Shown: piece after piece, positions 36,706 through 48,621 of the stretch
Position numbering within the stretch: the stretch's first letter is position 1
Layout of the letters: the number at the start of each line of letters is the position of its first letter
Origin: Macrostomum lignano
Taxonomy: Eukaryota
DNA length: 64,000 nucleotides
Direction: 5' to 3'
NCBI GenBank assembly: GCA_002269645.1
Contig: NIVC01000150.1
Coordinates: forward strand, 1-64,000
Translations under genes and position numbers: made by a program
The notes under the pieces: generated by a model
Database searches by the model: none
Told to the model about the DNA's origin: nothing
What the model saw: the letters and a program-made list of their open reading frames with translations, nothing else

Positions 36706-38385
36706 TATATTATATATATTAGCAGACAAAACGACTATATCATATTTTGGCAGACGAAAAGGTGGCAGACGAAAAGGTGGCAGACGAAATGACCGTCAAC
36801 CAATACTATTACATAGTTCAATTGAGTATCCAAATGCAAATGTATCAAGAACTAGGGCCTAGTCTATTAAGTATAGGCCTAGGCCTAGTTTGTATGCTAT
36901 ATATGCTTTATTATTTTTGTTATATCTTTAAAGTGGAGCAGCTATCATTTGAAATTCAAATTTTATCCCAAGTTTTGTTTATTGTCTTTACCATTAACAA
37001 AAGTTTTATTTGAATAACTTCATATTTTAAAGTTCAAAATACGTGCAAAAATAAGGCCTAGTTCCATAGATTTATTGAAAAATTTAGTAGGTTTAAAATT
37101 TACAATTTTTTATAGGTTGTAAAAAATAAATGTCAAATAAAAACCATTTGCCTTTGTTATCTTATATGTAGGCCTTTTTTCTTATGAATAGGGCTTAAGG
37201 CTAAGCTTTTATCTTCCAATTTTTAGCATAGGCCTATAATAAATATATTAGCTAGTCAATAGTTATACTCTTTATAGCATATTGTCAAGTAAATAAATTT
37301 GTTAACAATGCATGGTAAGGTAAAGGTGTTGATGAATTCAGTGGCACCCGGCACAAACATTGCAAAAGTGGCACAGCCAGGGGGCCTGGGCCCCCATAAA
37401 ATTTACGCCCCCTTAATTTCAAAGGAAAAACCCAGCCCTCCTATACCCTCTTCTCTGGGTGCTGACTGCTGAATGGCCCCCATCTCCCAAAAAAATTTCT
37501 GGCTGCACCACTGGTGGCAATTCAAAGTTGGTGGAAATCTTGAAATAAATACTTTTTATATATAGGCCAAAAACATGGCAGCCCTATTGAACAAATTTAG
37601 CATGCAAAAATTATTTTTTGAATTAGGTTCAACTTTGACATGCTAGGCCATACGGTCTACGTCTACAATGCATTACAAGACAACCTAAATAGGCCATCAA
37701 ATACAGTTCTCGATCATCTAAAACACGTTAAACCCCTTGCTAAGTATAGCTAAAGTTATAAAAGATCAAAACAATCTTTGCATAGAACACAGACATTTGG
37801 TATTCACAGACCCGCGGCTTAACTGACAAGTAGCAAGTAGGTTTGGTGGGGCCAGAGCACAGATACTATAAACATCTCACATCTGTAGTTATCTGTGAAC
37901 TGTATGGGCCATGATCATGATCGAGAATCTCGAAAATAGCGAATTTAAATTTTTTAATTTGCTTACGCGTGTCTCATGCGTTGTTCATAATAGTCAAAGC
38001 AAAAGTGTTGTTAGCGTTAAAACAAAAAATATGCCTTTCAAAAAGTCTTTATGACTTTAAAATATATGACTTTAAGCTTTTTAATTGCACACGAATATTA
38101 AGGCGCAAAGTTTTTTGAAGGTTGATAAGATCTATCGTCGCAAGAAATATTGTCCTTAATTAATATTATGTTGTATACAGAAATAATAAATAATCGAAAT
38201 CGAATCTCTCTATTACTGACTATAGATCCCCTGTGCAATAATATGAAATAAATGGGGGATCAAATGATGTCGCCGTTGACCCGGGGAATTAGATCAGGCC
38301 GGAGTATCGCTTTTGCTGCATGTCGACATTATACATGCGCGCAATATGGACGTGTCTGCCCAAGCATCCTCACCGTCACACTCAC

Positions 38386-38592
38386 CCGCTGAATAGTGGC
38401 TGGAATCGAAAAACGTTCATAGCGAAATGTTTGATTGTTTTGAAGAGACCACAATTACTGTTGCGGCTGTAAAGATTCCATCCCACTGGCCGGGAATCGT
38501 ATAGTGAGTTATTGAGTTGTTGAGAGATGAGATTTTCGATTATTCTGCACTCATTGCCGGTCCAATAGAAGGAGTCCGACAGCAAAAGCGAC
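38386..38592 (-). CDS. Candidate orphan exon (symmetric phase 2, 207 nt), product unknown
   Basis: Acceptor GATCAG, strong donor GG|GTGAGT; open frame SLLLSDSFYWTGNECRIIENL...FQPLFS. Confidence 0.4.
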
Positions 38593-38773
38593 CTGATCGA
38601 TACACCGCTTCCATTTCGGGACTAGATTACACCCCCTTTGCGCGTAGGCATGCAATTCGCGATGCACTAGCTTAATATACCCGAGTTAAAATTAAAAAGT
38701 CAGGGGCGCTGATCATGACATCATGTGAATGATCAGGGAGTGCGGAATGTCAGAGTTGCGCCAGCACCAGCAC

Positions 38774-39250
38774 CAGGGTTGACCACAGATACTAGAATAA
38801 CCAGATGGGCCACTCAGCACATTTGCGTGTAAGCTACTTTCAGTTCAGTAGCAAGTTAAACAGAAGCATTTTAATGTATTTTTAAAGCCAAGGCTCATTT
38901 ATTGCTCTTACCCCCCTCCCCCACTTAAACCTCCAACCGCGCCTTTCCACACTACCCCCCTCGCCCCGCCCCACCCTAATTTTTATTGCCTTTCTCGGGA
39001 TTCCAGCCTAAAGCGGCCATGTACATTTCAGTGGACTGGCTAATGTACATTACTGCCGAACCAATTAGCAAGCTGTTTACGCCTGCAAGCTTGGGCTTCT
39101 AAACTTATCAAAGTCATTTCAGCTGCCTTTATTTTTATAAAATAGCTTATGTATACTTCCTTGCTACTGAACTGAAAGTAGAAAGCTGTTTTACTAAGTA
39201 CATATGCCTCCTGAGTGGCCCATCTAGTTATTTAAGTATCTGTGGGGTTG
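38774..39250. mobile_element. Degenerate MITE-like element
   Basis: ~35-bp inverted repeat CCACAGATACTAGAATAACCAGATGGGCCACTCAG versus its near-complement at ~39215-39247; termini imperfect. Confidence 0.45.
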
Positions 39251-39536
39251 ACTAAGCAAAATCCTTAATAATGTTTTGTTATACAAGATTAAGGGAGAAG
39301 ACAGTTTTGGACACTTTTGGGAGGATTGCGCATTATACACAGCTCACTTATTATTTGCAAGTAACATTTATCTTCATATATGACTCTCTTATATGTATAG
39401 CTGACTCTCTTGAGGGTGAATATAGCGATAGGAGTAAATCCATTTACGAGCGTAAGGATCTAATACATTGTTATTTTCGTTTACAACGGAGATACATGTA
39501 CATGCCTGTTGTTGTTGTTGTTGTTAAACGGGGTAC

Positions 39537-39885
39537 CTAGTCCATGTAGTGCTTGACGCGGATCAGCCCAAGGAAGGGCTTTGCCGCTGGAGCAGGGTGA
39601 GTCGATCAAGGGCATGTACAAAGTTTCGCAGACTATAATGGAGTTTTGGCCACTAGTGGGGCTTTGGCTCCAACTGCACGGGTGTAGGTTCACCCAATAC
39701 CGTGGCAGCTCAAACAGTGCAGAGCATGGAACTCTTCCAGAAATACGGGCAACTCTACCAGACGATACAAGATCAACTATGCGGTCATAGAAGCCGCAGG
39801 CTGCACCCTCCGGGCTGAGCACACCATCAGCGACAATCTCATCAGAGACCGTCTTTATATGCCAATACTCGTAGTTATAGGTACA
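39537..39885 (-). CDS. Candidate orphan exon (~116 codons, Cys/Trp-containing), product unknown
   Basis: Acceptor TTCTTAAAG; long non-repetitive open frame; weak donor G|GTACCC. Confidence 0.4.
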
Positions 39886-40280
39886 CTTTAAGAAAGACAA
39901 TTAATAATCGTTTGTCTGCTCGTTTTAACATTTTGGTAATTGTATATGCTTGTGCAAGATTATGTATTATTATATGTATACATAATATTCTGCAATGCAT
40001 ACACAAGTAAAACTGAAGTCATTGCAATTAATCGAACTGAGCAAAAATGCATGAAGATTAATAACGCCCAATAATGATTTATAGGTTGCCAGAATTGCGT
40101 TTTGCTCTTTTGGTCGAATTAAATCGGCGTTCAATAAAATAATAAATCTGCTATAGCATTGAATGAGTAGTATGTCGAGAATATATAAAGTTTTTTCAGT
40201 TCTTTTAATTTCAAAATTGATTGCTGGCAACACTGCTGCCGCTGCAGGCATTTTGTAGAGCAATTCATGCCTCTCTACCT

Positions 40281-43200
40281 TCACTTGGAATCGATCGAGC
40301 AGATGAGACACAACGTGAATATGATTACCAGCAGCTGAAATTATTGTTAACATGCAGGAAACATGAATTTCAATTTTCATACGTGTTGTAATTAATGTGG
40401 CAAGAGTAAGTACTCGAGGAAAAAAGGCTTACCTGAGCAGCAGCGAACACACCGCAGCCAATGATGACCCATAGCGAGTAGGAATCGATGAATGCCACCA
40501 CTGCGTCCACGCAGCCCTGAAAGCGGTTTCAATTTAACCGTAACTGTGTAGAGAGGCCAGTGGAAAGTGACTTTCGACGAGTTTTAGAAGTCCTACTAAG
40601 TATACAGAGCAGTCAATGTGCCTATGGTCAATTTCAAGACAGTGAGAATGGAGTCGGGAGATTTGTGTCTATCTAGTATCTATAGATTGTGTCTATCTAT
40701 CTAGTCTGTGTCTAGAGTCAGGAGTGTGGCTATGGAGTCAGGAGTGTGGCTATGGAGTCAGGAGATTTGTGTCTATAGAGTCAGGAGATTTGTGTCTATC
40801 TAGTATCTATAGATTGTGTCTATCTATCTAGTCTGTGTCTAGAGTCAGGAGTGTGGCTATGGAGTCAGGAGTGTGGCTATGGAGTCAGGAGATTTGTGTC
40901 TATAGTGTCAGGAGAGTTGTGTCTATCGAGTCAGGAGATTTGTGTCTATAGAGTCAGGAGATTTGTGTCTATAGAGTCAGGAGAGTTGTGTCTATCGAGT
41001 CAGGAGATTTGTGTCTATAGAGTCAGGAGAGTTGTGTCTATCGAGTCAGGAGAGTTGTGTCTATCGAGTCAGGAGATTTGTGTCTATAGAGTCAGGAGAT
41101 TTGTGTCTATAGAGTCAGGAGATTTGTGTCTATAGAGTCAGGAGATTTGTGTCTATAGAGTCAGGAGATTTGTGTCTATCTAGTATCTATAGATTGTGTC
41201 TATAGATTGTGTCTATAGATTGTGTCTTATCTATCTAGTCTGTGTCTAGAGTCAGGAGTGTGGCTATGGAGTCAGGAGAGTTGTGTCTATAGAGTCAGGA
41301 GAGTTGTGTCTATCGAGTCAGGAGATTTGTGTCTATCGAGTCAGGAGATTTGTGTCTATAGAGTCAGGAGTTTTGTGTCTATGGAGTCAGGAGTGTGACT
41401 ATGGAGTCAGGAGTGAGGCTGTGGAGTCAGGAGTGTGACTATGGAGTCAGGAGAGTTGTGTCTATAGAGTCAGGAGTGTGACTATGGAGTCAGGAGTTTT
41501 GTGTCTATAGAGTCAGGAGATTTGTGTCTATAGATTGTGTCTATAGATTGTGTCTTATCTATCTAGTCTGTGTCTAGAGTCAGGAGTGTGGCTATGGAGT
41601 CAGGAGAGTTGTGTCTATAGAGTCAGGAGAGTTGTGTCTATCGAGTCAGGAGATTTGTGTCTATCGAGTCAGGAGATTTGTGTCTATAGAGTCAGGAGTT
41701 TTGTGTCTATAGAGTCAGGAGTGTGACTATGGAGTCAGGAGTGAGGCTGTGGAGTCAGGAGTGTGACTATGGAGTCAGGAGAGTTGTGTCTATTGAGTCA
41801 GGAGGGTCGTGTCGATAGAGTCAGGAGTGAGGCTATGGAGTCAGCAGTGTGGCTATGGAGTTAGGAGTGAGGCTATGGAGTCAGGAGTGTGACTATGGAG
41901 TCAGGAGTGAGGCTATGGAGTCAGGAGTGTGACTATGGAGTCAGGAGTGAGGCTGTGGAGTCAGGAGTGTGACTATGGAGTCAGGAGAGTTGTGTCTATT
42001 GAGTCAGGAGGGTCGTGTCGATAGAGTCAGGAGTGAGGCTATGGAGTCAGCAGTGTGGCTATGGAGTTAGGAGTGAGGCTATGGAGTCAGGAGTGTGACT
42101 ATGGAGTCAGGAGTGAGGCTATGGAGTCAGGAGTGTGACTATGGATTCAGGAGTGAGGCTATGGAGTCAGGAGTGTGACTATGGAGTTAGGAGTGAGGCT
42201 ATAGAGTCAGGAGTGTGACTATGGAGTTAGGAGTGAGGCTATGGAGTCAGCAGTGTGGCTATAGAGTCAGGAGTGTGACTATGGAGTCAGGAGTGTGAGT
42301 ATAGATAAACAGAGTGTTCTAAAAAATCACGCAGAAGTGTTTCCGGTGATTTTAACAATACAGGCTCATATGAGTTACACCCGTAAGTAACCACGAGGGA
42401 AACAGCGAGCTTATTGACTTACAACTTGATGAAATCCAACTTCAGTAACAGGGCAGTCCCGATTCTCAAGGTAGTTTCCCAGGTCCGACCATCGAGTCTG
42501 GGTCAATAGTTGAGGCTTTTTGTCGCTCTTGACAACGCAACAAGCGGCTGGTACTTTCATATTTTGTTTCACGCCGTTCGTCATTAGCCAGGTGCGGTTT
42601 GAAGTGAGCCAGCTCTCGCTGTTGCGGGCGTCTCCCGTCACGTTTACGCCGCAACAGTCCACCTGGAATATAGTAAATGAAGTTAGGATTTTTGTGCGCG
42701 TCTTCTCATTCTTGTGCCCGTGGTAGCTGATTTCCTATCTAGTCTTTTGACTTCTTCCTGTGGCTTCCTCCTGGGTCACCATTCAGTGTCTCCAATCTGT
42801 GTCTCTGCTCTCTCTCCTGAGTATCTGCTCTGCCTCCTGTGTCTCTGCTCTGCCTTCTGTGTCTCTGCTCTGCCTTCTGTGTCTCTGCTCTGCCTTCTGT
42901 GTCTCTGCTCTGCCTTCTGTGTCTCTGCTCTGCCTTCTGTGTCTCTGCTCTGCCTTCTGTGTCTCTGCTCTGCCTTCTGTGTCTCTGCTCTGCCTCTTGT
43001 GTCTCTGCTCTGCCTTCTGTGTCTCTGCTCTGCCTTCTGTGTCTCTGCTCTGCCTTCTGTGTCTCTGCTCTGCCTTCTGTGTCTCTGCTCTGCCTTCTGT
43101 GTCTCTGCTCTGCCTTCTGTGTCTCTGCTCTGCCTTCTGTGTCTCTGCTCTGCCTTCTGTGTCTCTGCTCTGCCTTCTGTGTCTCTGCTCTGCCTTCTGT

Positions 43201-44900
43201 GTCTCTGCTCTCTCTCCTGAGTATCTGCTCTGCCTCCTGTGTCTCTGCTCTGCCTTCTGTGTCTCTGCTCTGCCTTCTGTGTCTCTGCTCTGCCTTCTGT
43301 GTCTCTGCTCTGCCTTCTGTGTCTCTGCTCTGCCTTCTGTGTCTCTGCTCTGCCTCTTGTGTCTCTGCTCTGCCTTCTGTGTCTCTGCTCTGCCTTCTGT
43401 GTCTCTGCTCTGCCTTCTGTGTCTCTGCTCTGCCTTCTGTGTCTCTGCTCTGCCTTCTGTGTCTCTGCTCTGCCTTCTGTGTCTCTGCTCTGCCTCTTGT
43501 GTCTCTGCTCTGCCTTCTGTGTCTCTGCTCTGCCTCTTGTGTCTCTGCTCTGCCTTCTGTGTCTCTGCTCTGCCTCCTGTGTCTCTGCTCTGCCTCCTGT
43601 GTCTCTGCTCTGCCTTCTGTGTCTCTGCTCTGCCTTCTGTGTCTCTGCTCTGCCTTCTGCGTCTCTGCTCTGCCTCCTGTGTCTCTGCTCTGCCTTCTAC
43701 GTCTCTGCTCTGCTTCTGTGTCTCTGCTCTGCCTTCTACGTCTCTGCTCTGCCTCCTGTGTCTCTGCTCTGCCTCCTGTGTCTCTGCTCTGCCTCTTGTG
43801 TCTCTGCTCTGCCTCCTGTGTCTCTGCTCTGCCTCTTGTGTCTCTGCTCTGCCACCTGTGTCTCTGCTCTGCGTCTCTAAAAGTCAGATCAGGTGTGGGA
43901 TAAACAAAAAGTGGCACTCACAGCAACAAACATGTAGTTGAATAGTAGACTGACGGCAGTATGTGTCTTTTTGGTTCCATTGACAAAATCGTTCACGGAG
44001 ATCAGGTACTTGTTCTGCAGTGTTGATAGCTCGGTTTTGGCCAGGGTGACCACGTTGTTTTTATACAGCACAGCCAGGACACCGGCCGCCACCTGGGCTC
44101 CCAGAATTGCGATGATGAAACCGGCATACTGCAGATGAAGGAGGGTTTTAGTCATGATTTTTTATGGTCAACTGGCTGCATCTGATGTCAAATGGTCAGC
44201 ATCAGGTATCAAATGATCAGCATCAAATATCAAATGGTCAGCATCAGATATCAAATGGTCAGCATCAGATATAAAATGGTCAGCATCAGGTATCAAATGG
44301 TCAGCATCAGGTATCAAATGGTCAGCATCAAATATCAAATGGTCAGCATCAGATATCAAATGGTCAGCATCAGATATAAAATGGTCAGCATCAGGTATCA
44401 AATGGTCAGCATCAGGTATCAAATGGTCAGCATCAAATATCAAATGGTCAGCATCAGATATCAAATGGTCAGCATCAGGTATCAAATAATCTGAAGCTGG
44501 TATCTGGTTAGGACATTAGAAAGTCAAACGGTCAGACTATATGTATCAGATAGAGGTGTCAGCAAAACTCTCTCTGACTCACGATGCCCAGCAGGCACTT
44601 GGACTGTCGCACAGCTCCCAGACAGCCGAACAGGCTGATAAAGGCGCTGAGGGCGCCGACAGCAATAAGGATGGCGCCAGCGGTCGACACGATGCCTTTT
44701 TGACCGGAGAGTCTGAGCAGTTCGCTCTCAACTTCCGGATTGTTTCCAGCCTGCTGGTTGATGAGGTTCAACAAGTTGAACAGTTTGTCCTGACTGACCA
44801 GCATCCAGATGCCGGCAGACAGCAGGGCCAGGCCCACCAAGAAGAACACGATGGTGAACACGAACAGGGTGATCGAAGCGAGCTTGCTGCCGCAACCCAT
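40281..44900 (-). CDS. Tetraspanin (~300 aa). Exons 44900-44583, 44128-43922, 42662-42423, 40516-40433, 40334-40281
   Basis: All introns phase 0 GT-AG. Four TM segments, FGCLGA after TM2, and CCG, PAACC, C and GC in the large extracellular loop (6 Cys). Confidence 0.92.
40610..42305. repeat. 20-23-bp intronic minisatellite (GAGTCAGGAGTGTGGCTATG / GAGTCAGGAGATTTGTGTCTATA)
   Basis: Fills tetraspanin intron 3. Confidence 0.92.
42795..43877. repeat. 20-bp intronic minisatellite (TGTGTCTCTGCTCTGCCTTC)
   Basis: Fills tetraspanin intron 2; source of the ~390-aa pseudo-ORFs. Confidence 0.95.
44180..44487. repeat. 21-bp intronic minisatellite (ATCAAATGGTCAGCATCAGGT)
   Basis: Fills tetraspanin intron 1. 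Confidence 0.92.
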
Positions 44901-45039
44901 GGCTTCTGTGTCTTATTAAACTTCGAGTGCGCTGCTTGCTGAGTGTCCTGCGGGATGTTCGGAGCCGGTGATCTGGTTTGGGGCACATTGGTTAGAATGC
45001 AACACCTTGGGATCTTGGTTTGGTGTGGGCATTTTGCAA

Positions 45040-46660
45040 GTCTTCAGGATCGATGCTTCAGATAGATTGAAATACTTCAGGATCGATGCTTCAGATAGAT
45101 TGAAATACTTCAGGATCGATGCTTCAGATAGATTGAAATACTTCAGGATCGATGCTTCAGATAGATTGAAATACTTCAGGATCGATGCTTCAGATAGATT
45201 GAAATACTTCAGGATCGATGCTTCAGATAGATTGAAATACTTCAGGATCGATGCTTCAGATAGATTGAAATACTTCAGGATCGATGCTTCAGATAGATTG
45301 AAATACTTCAGGATCGATGCTTCAGATAGATTGAAATACTTCAGGATCGATGCTTCAGATAGATTGAAATACTTCAGGATCGATGCTTCAGATAGATTGA
45401 AATACTTCAGGATCGATGCTTCAGATAGATTGAAATACTTCAGGATGGATGCTTCAGATAGATTGAAATACTTCAGGATCGATGCTTCAGATAGATTGAA
45501 ATACTTCAGGATCGATGCTTCAGATAGATTGAAATACTTCAGGATCGATGCTTCAGATAGATTGAAATACTTCAGGATCGATGCTTCAGATAGATTGAAA
45601 TACTTCAGGATCGATGCTCCAGATAGATTGAAATACTTCAGGATCGATGCTTCAAATAGATTGAAATACTTCAGGATCGATGCTCCAGATAGATTGAAAT
45701 ACTTCAGGATCTATGCTTCAGATAGATTGAAATACTTCAGGATCGATGCTTCAGATAGATTGAACTACTTCAGGATCGATGCTTCAGATAGATTGAAATA
45801 CTTCAGGATCGATGCTTCAGATAGATCGAAATACTTCAGGATCGATGCTTTAGATAGATCGAAATACTTCAGGATGCATGCTTCAGATAGATTGAAATAC
45901 TTCAGGATCGATGCTTCAGATAGATTGAATACTTCAGGATCGATGCTTCAGATAGATTGAAATACTTCAGGATCGATGCTTCAGATAGATTGGAATACTT
46001 CAGGATCGATGCTTCAGATAGATTGAATACTTCAGGATCGATGCTTCAGATAGATTGAAATACTTCAGGATCGATGCTTCAGATAGATTGAAATACTTCA
46101 GGATCGATGCTTCAGATAGATTGGAATACTTCAGGATCGATGCTTCAGATAGATTGAAATACTTCAGGATCGATGCTTCAGATAGATTGAAATACTTCAG
46201 GATCGATGCTTCAGATAGATTGGAATACTTCAGGATCGATGCTTCAGATAGATTGAACTACTTCAGGATCGATGCTTTAGATAGATAGAATACTTCAGGA
46301 TGGATGCTTCAGATAGATTGAAATACTTCAGGATCGATGCTTCAGATAGATTGAAATACTTCAGGATCGATGCTTCAGATAGATTGAATTACTTGATGAT
46401 CGATGCTTCAGATAGATTGAAATACTTCAGGATCGATGCTTCAGATAGATTGAAATACTTCAGGATCGATGCTTCAGATAGATTGAAATACTTCAGGATC
46501 GATGCTTCCAGATAGATAGAAATACTTCAGGATGGATGCTTCAGATAGATAGAATACTTCAGGATCGCATGCTTCAGATAGATTGAAATACTTCAGGATC
46601 GATGCTTCAGATAGATTGAAATACTTCAGGACGGATGCTTCAGACAGATCGAAATACTTC
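45040..46660. repeat. 33-bp minisatellite (GATCGATGCTTCAGATAGATTGAAATACTTCAG), ~48 copies, upstream of the tetraspanin
   Basis: Period 33 (45048, 45081 and onward); occasional 1-bp deletions break the pseudo-ORF. Confidence 0.95.
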
Positions 46661-47093
46661 AAGACTTGTAAACAATTAACTTAGAAATTAATTTAACTTA
46701 CTATTACAGACCAAACTCTACAGTGTTAAAAAACTTCAAAATTGCAAAGAAAGTTGCAAAGAAAAGCACTGCGACATTCTGCCCTCAAAATTGTCCTTAA
46801 CTAGAAACGATATAGCAACTTACCAAAAAAGCTTGGAGTTGCAGTCAGTCACAGACCTGTTAACAGAAAGAAAATCTTAAGCCAAGTTGGTAGATAATAA
46901 ATACCCAGAGTTGACGGCGGAGGGTGGCTAGGGCGCACAGCCTGGGCGCCACCCTCTTCCCTGAGGCCACGAAGCCAATTCTCAAAGGCTACAGTGGCAG
47001 AAGCGGCGACCCCTCCTCAAATCCGCTCGAGTCAACTTAAGATAAGATATGAAACAGTTACTGCGCACTGGCGAAGCTCTCTGTCAGCCCCGG

Positions 47094-47107
47094 GTTGCCA
47101 TGACAAC
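47094..47107. promoter_or_regulatory. RFX X-box motif GTTGCCATGACAAC
   Basis: Near-palindromic match to the X-box consensus, followed ~8 bp later by CTATAAG. Confidence 0.55.
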
Positions 47108-48063
47108 ACGGAGCTATAAGCGCGGGGTTGCATTGGCTTCATCTTATCGCTGTTGGGACAAAGCGGAGGTCCAAGACGTCGCACGCAGAACAGCGAATGC
47201 TTGTCTCTCTCTCCGAATAGACAAAAACTGTGCGGTTGACGCATTAAAAAACAAGTCCGAATCAAATGACTCAGCGAATCTTAATATAGAAAAAAGAATT
47301 TTCCGGAAATTTCTTTTAGAACATGTGTTTGTTTAGTTTGTTGCCTTGGCTTTTAGGCACTTTAAAATAGCTCATACGGTCGTATTGTGTGAGGAATGTT
47401 ATGATTAGTTCTCTAGATACTAGACCTGAATAAGATGGGTTACTTTGAGCACAGGCCGGAGACAACTCTTAATTCAATAGCAACACGCATACTCGTGCCA
47501 ACGGAAAATCAATACGATAAATTTGAAAAAAAATCCTTGATTTATTTAAGCAAGAAATAGTCAAATTAAGCAAATTTATCTAGTAAGACGCGAGCAGCCT
47601 ACTAGATGAATAGTAGTACCATTAGGTTGAATTATTTGTCGTATGTTCATTAATTTAATTTGAATTATTAATTTGAATTGATGAATTAATAAGTTTCAGA
47701 CATCGAGCAGTTGAATTCAGACTTTGGACTCAGAACGATCCAACAAGAATGGTGTATATTGCACTCTTGGGCAGCCGTGATGACATCCGCGCCTGACTCC
47801 CTGATTCTCTGCAGCACCACGGAACGCCAATCCTGTAGATAGGATGGAGCGATACATTTGGTTCTGCCAAAAAACTTCAACTAAAATTAGTAAGCAAGGT
47901 CTAAAATCCATTCCGGGTTTCGAATCGGAACATAGACGCTTATTTTACACTAGTAGTTCGACCGATTCTTTAACGATCTAGTGAGAATTAGCAGGAAGCG
48001 GAAGCCAAGTTAAAGCAACTCTTCAACTGCTCAGTAAGCCGATGCAGCGGAGAAGGCACCGGC

Positions 48064-48621
48064 ATGAGTACCAAAGCTGCTAAGGGCGCGAAGGACGTTA
48101 AAGACGCGAAAAAAGACGCTAAAAAGGACGCAAAAGACGCAAAGAAAGATGCCAAAAAGGATGCTAAAAAGGATGCCAAGGATTCCAAAAAGGACGCTAA
48201 GAAAGACGTCAAGGACGCCAAAAAGGACGCTAAGGACGCTAAGAAGGACGCAAAGGACGCTAAGAAGGACGCAAAGGACGCTAAGAAGGACGCAAAGGAC
48301 GCAAAGGACGCAAAGAAGGACGCCAAGAAGGACGCAAAGGATGTTAAGGACGCAAAAGACGCCAAGAAGGACGCTAAGGACGTTAAAAAGGATGCAAAGG
48401 ACGTTAAAAAGGACGCAAAGGACGCGAAGAAAGACGCAAAGGACGTTAAGAAGGACGCAAAAGACGCGAAGAAAGACGCAAAGGACGTTAAGAAGGACGC
48501 AAAGGACGCAAAAGACGCCAAGAAGGACGCCAAAGATGCGAAGAAGGGTGCAGCAGCAGATGGTAGCGCACTGCCTTCAGACAGCACCCATGCCATCCGG
48601 TTTTATAACATCATTAAGTGA
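48064..48621 (+). CDS. Lys/Asp/Ala-rich repeat protein (KDA/KKDA), 185 aa; may extend upstream to an acceptor at ~47991
   Basis: Repeats vary at synonymous positions (AAA/AAG, GAC/GAT, GCN), unlike the intronic arrays; no frame break; unique flanks in frame. Confidence 0.75.
   Translation: MSTKAAKGAKDVKDAKKDAKKDAKDAKKDAKKDAKKDAKDSKKDAKKDVKDAKKDAKDAKKDAKDAKKDAKDAKKDAKDAKDAKKDAKKDAKDVKDAKDAKKDAKDVKKDAKDVKKDAKDAKKDAKDVKKDAKDAKKDAKDVKKDAKDAKDAKKDAKDAKKGAAADGSALPSDSTHAIRFYNIIK

Larger units (their letters stand above)
32818..36801. mobile_element. Mutator-like (MULE) non-autonomous element with transposase remnant
   Basis: Imperfect TIRs starting GG (GGTCATTTC(A/G)TCTGCCACCTTTT); perfect 8-bp TSD AATACTAT at 32810-32817 and 36802-36809; RTNNAIEGWHSGL motif at ~33015-33055. 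Confidence 0.75.

Noticed and set aside
42714-43941. ~390-aa Cys/Leu-rich and Arg/Gln-rich ORFs
   Set aside because: 20-bp array inside tetraspanin intron 2, bounded by good splice sites.
44968-46662. FRIDASDRLKY repeat ORFs
   Set aside because: 33-bp array with frame-breaking deletions and little synonymous-type variation.
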